A stretch of DNA of 32,000 bases from Cylindrospermopsis raciborskii Cr2010 (GTDB taxonomy: Bacteria; Cyanobacteriota; Cyanobacteriia; Cyanobacteriales; Nostocaceae): assembly GCF_003367075.2 (NCBI RefSeq), contig NZ_CP065936.1, positions 360,001 to 392,000 on the forward strand, written 5' to 3'. Below, one piece after another: positions 25,293 to 32,000 of the stretch (positions are counted from its first letter, which is position 1; each line of letters begins with the position of its first letter). The position numbers and the translations under genes were made by a program. The notes under the pieces are model-generated. The model had not been told where the DNA came from, made no database searches, and saw nothing but the letters and a program-made list of their open reading frames with translations.

Positions 25293-25784
25293 ATGAAATG
25301 TACTCAACGCTTAGTTTCTCTTTTAGGTATTGGGTTGGTTTTTAGCTTATTGATGAATCAAAAACCCGCACTAGCGCAAGTAGCTTATGGTAGTTATGTG
25401 GGTGTAGGACCAACGGTGGACACCCAAAACGGTCAAGTTGGTGGAATCTTAGCCTTTCGATATAAGTTATTAGAAGCTCCAGTTTCCTTCCGCACCCAAG
25501 CTCTAATTGGTAAAGGTACAGCAGTAGTGCCCACCGTTTCCTACGACGTTCCCATTAATTGGCAAACTGATATTTACTTAGGAGCAGGTGTGGTTTTGAC
25601 CAGTGGTGACACCCCTTCCCCCGTTGGTAATAAAATCAGTTTTGCCCTCCAACCCGGTATTGACTATGCCATACCCAATAGCAGTGCAGTAATTTTTGGT
25701 AACGCCATTATTGCCTTTGACGCTTACCGTAATAGTAGTTCCACAGCTGTTTCAGTACAAGGTGGTGTTGGTTTGAGATTTTAA
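25293..25784 (+). CDS. Small outer-membrane beta-barrel-like protein
   Basis: 163 aa. The signal peptide ends ALAQV. The body is alternating, Gly/aromatic-rich beta-strand-like sequence. The C-terminal GGVGLRF ends in Phe, a typical OMP signature. Confidence 0.5.
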   Translation: MKCTQRLVSLLGIGLVFSLLMNQKPALAQVAYGSYVGVGPTVDTQNGQVGGILAFRYKLLEAPVSFRTQALIGKGTAVVPTVSYDVPINWQTDIYLGAGVVLTSGDTPSPVGNKISFALQPGIDYAIPNSSAVIFGNAIIAFDAYRNSSSTAVSVQGGVGLRF

Positions 25785-25803
25785 CTAACCTTTACCTATA
25801 TTT

Positions 25804-26583
25804 ATGATACGCGTTTTAATTCTTGGTGGTACCGGTGATGCCATAGAAATCACTAACAAAATAAATCAAATTCCGGAAATACAGGCGATCGCATCGTGGG
25901 CGGGTCGAACCAAGAATCCGGTTATGCCCCCTAACGTGCGCATTGGCGGTTTTGGGGGTGTACCTGGGTTAGTAGAATATTTACGGGAACAGAAAATTGA
26001 TATTGTAATTGATGGGAGTCATCCGTTTGCGGATAGGATATCTTGGAATGCGGACACAGCAGCTAGAGAGGTAGGGATTCCCCGATTATTATTTCATCGT
26101 CCAGGTTGGGAAAAAGAACCGGGGGATAATTGGATTGAAGTAGAGAACAATAGGGAAGCTGCGGTCATTTTAGATAAGCAGAGAGTGAGTCACCAAGTTT
26201 TTAAAAACCAAATCAACCCAATCAAAAGAGTTTTTTTAACCATAGGTAGACAAGAAATAGGAGCTTTTGCTCATCTAGAGGAAATATGGTTTTTAATGCG
26301 AATGATTGATCCTCCAGAGGTAGATAGTAAGATTCCGCGTGGAGAGATATTATTCAATAGAGGACCCTTTGATTTGAGAGACGAAAGAGAGATTTGCACC
26401 CGATATAATATAGATGCGATCGTCAGTAAAAACAGTGGGGGGAGCGCCACCTACCCAAAAATTATAGCAGCAAGGGAGATGGGTATACCAGTGGTGATGG
26501 TAAAGCGTCCACCCCTACCACCTGGAGAACAGGTAACAGATGTGGAAGGTGTGATCAATTGGCTAATAGATAAAATAAGGTAG
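25804..26583 (+). CDS. cobK: Precorrin-6A / cobalt-precorrin-6A reductase
   Basis: 259 aa. MIRVLILGGTGDA, IDGSHPFA and IVSKNSGG are the characteristic CobK/CbiJ motifs. Confidence 0.85.
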   Translation: MIRVLILGGTGDAIEITNKINQIPEIQAIASWAGRTKNPVMPPNVRIGGFGGVPGLVEYLREQKIDIVIDGSHPFADRISWNADTAAREVGIPRLLFHRPGWEKEPGDNWIEVENNREAAVILDKQRVSHQVFKNQINPIKRVFLTIGRQEIGAFAHLEEIWFLMRMIDPPEVDSKIPRGEILFNRGPFDLRDEREICTRYNIDAIVSKNSGGSATYPKIIAAREMGIPVVMVKRPPLPPGEQVTDVEGVINWLIDKIR

Positions 26584-27895
26584 GGATATTTATTTGTATT
26601 AGAGAAATAATTTCTATAACTTGTTTTGTCATTAGAGTTACTGCTATGATGATCATCATAGCCAATGTGATTTTCCCACCGGGAATCAGGGACTGGTAAA
26701 TAGAATTTGGTAGTTTTTGTCGTTGTTGCCAACTAACAATTGCGGGAATAATAGCACCCAAAATTGAAACAGTGAGGATCCCACTATATTCTATAGCTAT
26801 AAAAAAGATGTAGGGGTTGATTGTGCCCAAACCCAGGGGTGGAAGCAGCACCAGAGAGAAAATAGGTAACCGGGAAATTTTCATCTGATTGAGACGGTAA
26901 AGATCCTGAAAGAAATCAATCAATCCATAGACAAAACCAATAAAGGATGTGACAATAGCAAATTCCGAGAACACAGTTAATATGATCGCCAAAACTTCTC
27001 CTGCTCCCCCTGCTTGTAAAACTTGTAAGGGATCGAAAATAGATCCGTTAGGTTGATTTATTTGCCAAAATTCAAAATTCACACTGCCCAAAATAACAGT
27101 ATTCCAGCAAAGAAATAAAATTAGAGGAATACCAGAACCAATGATAATAGATTTTCTAATTTTGGGGATATCTCCTTCCAATTGAGTCACTACCACAGGA
27201 ACAATATTCTGATAAAAAAGAGTCACACAAATAACTGAAATAGCACCACCCACAGCGGTCCAATTTTGGAACAAGAATAGAGAAGTTTTTATATGACCAA
27301 CCCCCAAAAATAATATTCCCATAAAGGAAACAATCACAATTCCTACCAACACATTATTTAATTTTTCCACAAATTTCTCTTTCCCCCAATACAACATCCC
27401 TCCAAATAATATAGTAAAAGTTGTTGTACCTAACCAATGGGGTAAATCCTGATCTAAATTGCATATTTTGGCAAAAGTAGATATGAGGATATCTCCCCCT
27501 CGACTAATATATGCCACCAAAATAGCATAATGCTCAATTAAATAAGCAGCACCTGCTATTCTTGCTCCTAAATTACCCAATTTTTTTTCCACAATTGCCA
27601 AAAAACCAATGTGAGCAATTCCCTCCATACTCATCACATTTACAGTAATTTCTGCAATTAGTAACCCCGATAATAGGGTGTAGAGCCAAACCAGACAAAT
27701 GGCAACATTAGAAGGTAATACACCTGAAGGTAGGGTAACTGCAGGTAGGGCAAGAATACCAGCACCAATGGTAGTTCCAGTGATTAAAGCTGTGCTACCT
27801 AAAAGGCTACCCGGTTGATGATTTAATCGCTCTCCATCAAATTTGAGGTGAGAAAACAATCGGGTGCTTTGGTCTGGGAAATTTTTTTCTGGCAT
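26555..27895 (-). CDS. Amino-acid permease of the aromatic amino acid (TyrP/Mtr, HAAAP-type) family
   Basis: Polytopic, roughly 11 hydrophobic segments. The N-terminal motif LITGTTIGAGILALPAV matches Tyr/Trp-specific permeases. The ATG at 27895 is preferred over the TTG at 27913. The 3' end overlaps the cobK 3' end by 29 nt. Confidence 0.8.
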   Translation of the reverse strand: MPEKNFPDQSTRLFSHLKFDGERLNHQPGSLLGSTALITGTTIGAGILALPAVTLPSGVLPSNVAICLVWLYTLLSGLLIAEITVNVMSMEGIAHIGFLAIVEKKLGNLGARIAGAAYLIEHYAILVAYISRGGDILISTFAKICNLDQDLPHWLGTTTFTILFGGMLYWGKEKFVEKLNNVLVGIVIVSFMGILFLGVGHIKTSLFLFQNWTAVGGAISVICVTLFYQNIVPVVVTQLEGDIPKIRKSIIIGSGIPLILFLCWNTVILGSVNFEFWQINQPNGSIFDPLQVLQAGGAGEVLAIILTVFSEFAIVTSFIGFVYGLIDFFQDLYRLNQMKISRLPIFSLVLLPPLGLGTINPYIFFIAIEYSGILTVSILGAIIPAIVSWQQRQKLPNSIYQSLIPGGKITLAMMIIIAVTLMTKQVIEIISLIQINIPTLFYLLAN

Positions 27896-27950
27896 ATCAC
27901 ACGCTAATGGCAAGTTTTCAAAAACTTATTTTACTATCATTGTAATGTTA

Positions 27951-29090
27951 TAAGTAGGCGAGTGGAATTAAATATAAGATGAACGTAGGTTGGGTTGAAG
28001 CATGAAACCCAACACCCCCATGGGTCTCGTTCCCCCCCACAAATAATTGCGCCCCCCCATACTACCCTTGATAGTTGTAATGAACGTAGGTTGGGTTGAA
28101 GCATGAAACCCAACACCCCCATGGGTCTCGTTCCCCCCCACAAATAATTGCGCCCCCCCATACTACCCTTGATAGTTGTAATGAACGTAGGTTGGGTTGA
28201 AGCATGAAACCCAACACCCCCATGGGTCTCGTTCCCCCCCACAAATAATTGCGCCCCCATACTACCCTTGATAGTTGTAATGAACGTAGGTTGGGTTGAA
28301 GCATGAAACCCAACACCCCCATGGGTCTCGTTCCCCCCCACAAATAATTGCGCCTCCCCATACTACCCTTGATAGTTGTAATGAACGTAGGTTGGGTTGA
28401 AGCATGAAACCCAACACCCCCATGGGTCTCGTTCCCCCACAAATAATTGCGCCCCCATACTACCCTTGATAGTTGTAATGAACGTAGGTTGGGTTGAAGC
28501 ATGAAACCCAACACCCCATGGGTCTCGTTCCCCCCCACAAATAATTGCGCCTCCCCATACTACCCTTGATAGTTGTAATGAACGTAGGTTGGGTTGAAGC
28601 ATGAAACCCAACACCCCCATGGGTCTCGTTCCCCCCCACAAATAATTGCGCCCCCCCATACTACCCTTGATAGTTGTAATGAACGTAGGTTGGGTTGAAG
28701 CATGAAACCCAACACCCCCATGGGTCTCGTTCCCCCCCACAAATAATTGCGCCTCCCCATACTACCCTTGATAGTTGTAATGAACGTAGGTTGGGTTGAA
28801 GCATGAAACCCAACACCCCCATGGGTCTCGTTCCCCCCCACAAATAATTGCGCCTCCCCATACTACCCTTGATAGTTGTAATGAACGTAGGTTGGGTTGA
28901 AGCATGAAACCCAACACCCCCATGGGTCTCGTTCCCCCCCACAAATAATTGCGCCCCCCCATACTACCCTTGATAGTTGTAATGAACGTAGGTTGGGTTG
29001 AAGCATGAAACCCAACACCCCCATGGGTCTCGTTCCCCCCTACAAATAATTGCGCCTCCCCATACTACCTTTGGTAGTTGTAATGTTATA
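27951..29090. repeat. Tandem array: 11 head-to-tail copies of a 97-101 bp unit derived from the MITE-like element
   Basis: The unit landmark GAACGTAGG recurs at 27981, 28082, 28183, 28282, 28383, 28480, 28580, 28681, 28782, 28883 and 28984. The unit is GAACGTAGGTTGGGTTGAAGCATGAAACCCAACA-C(4-5)-ATGGGTCTCGTT-C(5-7)-ACAAATAATTGCG-(C5/C7/CCTCCCC)-ATACTACCCTTGATAGTTGTAAT. There are no unique spacers. Confidence 0.95.
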
Positions 29091-30192
29091 CTACCTTTGG
29101 TAATTTGATAGTGAACGTACTACCTTTACCCAATTGTGAACATAGCTCTATCTTACCCCCATGTGCTTCAACAATGCGTTGGGATAAATGCAATCCTAAA
29201 CCACTACCAGACCTTTTATTTTTACCCTGACGAAATCTTTCAAAAATAATAGTTTGATCTTCCGGTGCTATACCATATCCAGTGTCCGATATCTGAATAA
29301 TAACCTGTGCCATATCTTTGTGGCGGGATTTTTCAAAAATGCTTACCTCCACAGTTCCCTGATCAGTAAATTTGATGGCATTGCCAATTAAATTGTTGAG
29401 AACCCGACGTAATTCTAGCCTATCCCCCAGAACCACATTTGGTTTTTCTAAACCGGTTTCTAATTTCAGAGTTAGGTTTTTTTCCATAGCCAATGGAATC
29501 AATTCATTAACTACTTCCTGAGCTATTTCTTGCAGATCACATGCTTGCAAATTTAAAAACTTCTTATCAGCATCAAACCGATAAACCTCTAAAAGATTAT
29601 TTACCATTTCTAGCAAGTTCTGATTACTGCGAATCATCATAGCGATCGCTTGTTTCATTTCAGGAGGAATTTGACCAAAGGTCTCCTTTTGAAACAGGTC
29701 TAACATACGATCTCCTGCTAATAAAGGAGTGCGCAAATCGTGAGTTAGTCGGGAGACAAAATCTTCTCGTTGTCGACTCATTTTTTGTTGTTCATCAATA
29801 CTGTATTTCAGTCTCAGCAAGCAGCGGACTCTTGCTAATAACTCATTAGTATCAAATGGTTTACGAATAAAATCATCCGCACCCGCATCTAATCCTTCCA
29901 CCACACTAGATTCATCAAAAGCTGTAATCAGTAAAATAGGAATGTAATCAATATTAGTATAGCTACGAATTGCGCGAGTTACTTCATAACCATCCATTTC
30001 TGGCATCATTACGTCCAAAAGAATTAGGTCTGGAGGGGATTGAACCGTTTTTTGTAAAGCTGTTGCTCCATCGGAAACTGAATCAATTGCATACCCTTCA
30101 CTCTCTAATAGGGTTTGGACTAAAATTAAATTATCTCTTCTATCATCGACTACAAGAATACGCGCAACTTGATCACTCTTGCTAACTGACAT
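29086..30192 (-). CDS. Hybrid response-regulator / histidine kinase (REC-HisKA-HATPase_c), soluble
   Basis: The canonical receiver has ILVVDDRRDN, DLILLDVMMPEMDG (Asp60), LLITA and DFIRKP. The H-box is SRLTHDLRTPL, the N-box NLIGNAIKFT, G1 DTGYGI and G2 GSGLGL. No TM segment. Confidence 0.9.
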   Translation of the reverse strand: MSVSKSDQVARILVVDDRRDNLILVQTLLESEGYAIDSVSDGATALQKTVQSPPDLILLDVMMPEMDGYEVTRAIRSYTNIDYIPILLITAFDESSVVEGLDAGADDFIRKPFDTNELLARVRCLLRLKYSIDEQQKMSRQREDFVSRLTHDLRTPLLAGDRMLDLFQKETFGQIPPEMKQAIAMMIRSNQNLLEMVNNLLEVYRFDADKKFLNLQACDLQEIAQEVVNELIPLAMEKNLTLKLETGLEKPNVVLGDRLELRRVLNNLIGNAIKFTDQGTVEVSIFEKSRHKDMAQVIIQISDTGYGIAPEDQTIIFERFRQGKNKRSGSGLGLHLSQRIVEAHGGKIELCSQLGKGSTFTIKLPKVV

Positions 30193-30231
30193 ACCCTATC
30201 CACCTGAGTAAATTTAGTTTAATTGGTAGTT

Positions 30232-30308
30232 TAAGTGGGTGAGTGGAATTAAATATAAGATCAACCATGGGTTAACCCATCCTACAAATAATTGTGCCTC
30301 CCTACTTA
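30232..30308. mobile_element. MITE-like dispersed element, short copy lacking the hairpin core
   Basis: The sequence is TAAGTGGGTGAGTGGAATTAAATATAAGA...CCCATCCTACAAATAATTGTGCCTCCCTACTTA. Both arms are shared with 4739-4834, but the AGGTTGGGTT...AACCCAAC core is replaced by TCAACCATGGGTTAA. It lies between the two kinase genes, 20 nt after the upstream kinase stop. Confidence 0.5.
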
Positions 30309-30328
30309 TTGACGCTCCCCCACAAGGA

Positions 30329-31615
30329 CTAATATCTGGCTCTCCATTTTTCTGGAACTGACATACTGCGACCTTTTTTCTCCAAATAGCTCAGTTTCTC
30401 TTCACTGAGTGAATTTACACTAACTTGTCTTGGTAATTCAACTGTAAATAGTGAACCTACTGCTAATTGACTTTCCAACATTATTTTTCCTCCCATGATT
30501 TTCACTAATGAATCAATAATTGCTAAACCCAATCCAGTCCCTGGATATTTACGACTCATACCTTGGTCTACCTGTCTAAATGCTTCAAAAATATGTTCAC
30601 AATCTTGATTGGAAATACCAATTCCAGTATCCCTAATAGAAATAGCTATGCGACTTTTACTGGTTTCGGTAACTCTAACCCAAACACACCCGCGCTCTGT
30701 AAACTTAATAGCATTTGAAAGCAAGTTAATTAAAATCTGACGCACCCGTACAGGATCATTAAATACAAGAGTATTTTCCAAATCTATTTCTACAGATAAA
30801 GATAACTTCTTGGCTTCCACTAAAGAGCGGATTTCACCCACAGTATGATTAACCATCTTAGACAGATCGAAAATTTCTGGTTTTAATCCTAATCTACCAG
30901 AATCAATCTTAGAAAAGTCTAAAACCTCATTCAGTAACATCGACAAATCCTTGGCATTATTCAGAATGCGTTTTAACATATCCGTCTGTACACTACTTAG
31001 CTGACTAAATTTAGGACGCAGTAGAATTTGGGCAAACCCGATTATAGCATTCATGGGGGTTCGCAACTCATGAGATATGGTTGACAAAAATTGTGATTTC
31101 AATCTTGATACTTCTAATAGTTTCAAATTCTGTAGTTGAATTTGTTGTCGTTGTCTCTCTAATTCATCGTTACTACGAATCAACTTTTCATGGCTTTCTT
31201 TAAGCTGACTATAAGCTAACTGGGCTTTAGTCTCGGACTGGTGCAAGCGAATTGCATTTCGCAGTGTTATAGATAAAATTTCTGGAGTGAGACTGGATTT
31301 ATTTAAATAGTCTGTAGCACCGTTATGTAATAAATTGAGAGCGGTTTTTTCCTCTCCTGGACTTGTAAGAATCACCAGGGGGACTTTAATCTGGGAGAAA
31401 TGTAGTTTGTCAATTAGGGTCAAAGTGCCATCCACCAAAGGAGAACCAAGAAAAATACAGTCGAATCTAGCACTTTCTAGGACACAAAAAACATTCTTGC
31501 TGTCACTGACCTCCCATAATTCCAAGGATAACCTGGTTTCGTTTACCACTAAACGAAATAGCTTACGTGCTAAGTCATCCTCATCCACAACCAAAATTTT
31601 TAGCCTCTCTTCCAT
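30329..31615 (-). CDS. Histidine kinase with a degenerate N-terminal receiver (pseudo-REC-HisKA-HATPase_c)
   Basis: The REC-like fold has ILVVDEDD, VILTS and DYLNK. The phospho-acceptor position reads FDCIFLG, with Gly57 (codon 31445-31447) where Asp is expected. A coiled-coil linker follows, then the H-box ISHELRTPMNAIIGF, the N-box NLLSNAIKFT, DTGIGI and GTGLGLAI. Confidence 0.85.
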   Translation of the reverse strand: MEERLKILVVDEDDLARKLFRLVVNETRLSLELWEVSDSKNVFCVLESARFDCIFLGSPLVDGTLTLIDKLHFSQIKVPLVILTSPGEEKTALNLLHNGATDYLNKSSLTPEILSITLRNAIRLHQSETKAQLAYSQLKESHEKLIRSNDELERQRQQIQLQNLKLLEVSRLKSQFLSTISHELRTPMNAIIGFAQILLRPKFSQLSSVQTDMLKRILNNAKDLSMLLNEVLDFSKIDSGRLGLKPEIFDLSKMVNHTVGEIRSLVEAKKLSLSVEIDLENTLVFNDPVRVRQILINLLSNAIKFTERGCVWVRVTETSKSRIAISIRDTGIGISNQDCEHIFEAFRQVDQGMSRKYPGTGLGLAIIDSLVKIMGGKIMLESQLAVGSLFTVELPRQVSVNSLSEEKLSYLEKKGRSMSVPEKWRARY

Positions 31616-31915
31616 TAGTTTCCATTTCCCCCCCGTTTACATATATTTGTCTAATTTTTAGACCAGTTTTACGCGCCCAGATGACCGGTTTCCCAGACTC
31701 AAGTTATACCCACATTATTTCGTATTCGCATCAGCATTTCATATCCCGGAACTTTTGGCATATATCCCTGGTTATATTTTTACTCTTCCCTAAGATAGAT
31801 GTAATTTACAACATATATCATCTAAGATCCCCTTGGGGATATTAGACACAAGGAGTTTGACCTAATGGGTGAATTTCCAAGATAATTATGATAATTTGGT
31901 TAATTTGGTACGACA

Positions 31916-32000
31916 ATGAGTGAAATTAGCATTATTTTAATAGAAGACCATGATTTAACTAGAATGGGTTTAAAGACTGTCATCCAGTCCCACCCAGGGT
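31916..32000 (+). CDS. Response regulator, N-terminal fragment (runs off the window)
   Basis: The ATG at 31916 gives MSEISIILIEDHDLTRMGLKTVIQSHPG..., the beta1-alpha1 region of a NarL/FixJ-type receiver. Only 28 codons are visible. Confidence 0.6.
   Translation, partial: MSEISIILIEDHDLTRMGLKTVIQSHPG

Noticed and set aside
25785-25803. Cobalamin riboswitch upstream of cobK
   Set aside because: Only 19 nt separate cobK from the preceding gene. I saw no B12-box-like sequence in the upstream intergenic regions of this co-directional block.
3298-26583. A tetrapyrrole or heme island (hemN, heme oxygenase, HugZ-like, cobK all in one window)
   Set aside because: Only the heme oxygenase and hemN are adjacent. 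The others are separated by many unrelated housekeeping genes on both strands, so this is more likely coincidence than a functional cluster.
26451-26732. 93-aa minus-strand ORF at the cobK/permease junction
   Set aside because: It is in a different frame from the permease ORF, which continues through this region with hydrophobic TM-like sequence. It has a low-complexity Thr/Ser/Asn composition.
27937-28962. Six overlapping minus-strand ORFs (66-158 aa) encoding reiterated MGGNETHGGVGFHASTQPTFITTIKGS-type peptides
   Set aside because: They lie wholly inside the tandem array and overlap each other in different frames. They start and stop only because homopolymer length changes shift the frame between units. 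They are translation artefacts of the repeat, not genes.
27951-29090. CRISPR array
   Set aside because: The units are contiguous with no unique spacers, the ~101 bp period is far too long for a CRISPR repeat, and there are no cas genes in the window.

Overview
This is an AT-rich cyanobacterial chromosome segment. Gene content and repeat style look Nostocales-like, and there are at least 13 copies of the HIP1 octamer GCGATCGC. Most of the window is ordinary core and photosynthesis-associated content. In order: ycf66 (partial), psbX, a YggT/Ycf19-like gene, accC, tRNA-Leu(GAG), trpF, hemN, a heme oxygenase, a DUF721/DciA-like gene, vipp1, thioredoxin, a class I/II aminotransferase and a LuxR-type regulator. 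These are followed by an alpha/beta hydrolase, a HugZ/PNPOx-like protein, a CIA30/NAD(P)-binding protein, a PRC-barrel protein, an RDD-HEAT-pentapeptide membrane protein, cobK and an aromatic-amino-acid-type permease. The window ends with a signalling cluster of two REC-HisKA-HATPase hybrid kinases and a divergent response regulator (partial). Two regions are not ordinary. (1) On the minus strand from 22070 to 16469, an 853-aa dynamin-like GTPase is followed after a 46-nt gap by a 997-aa Hsp70/actin-fold ATPase. That ATPase has a C-terminal region of about 340 aa that I cannot assign, and the pair is bracketed by two small signal-peptide proteins. I know of no described system pairing these two machines, so this is my top candidate for an undescribed system. 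(2) At 27951-29090 there are eleven head-to-tail copies of a 97-101 bp unit built from a MITE-like hairpin element. The same element occurs as single copies at 4739-4834 and 30232-30308. The units differ only in C-homopolymer lengths, each carries a rearranged copy of the 3' end of the adjacent histidine kinase gene, and the array is flanked by a 13-bp direct repeat. All product calls come from reading motifs by eye; no database search was possible.
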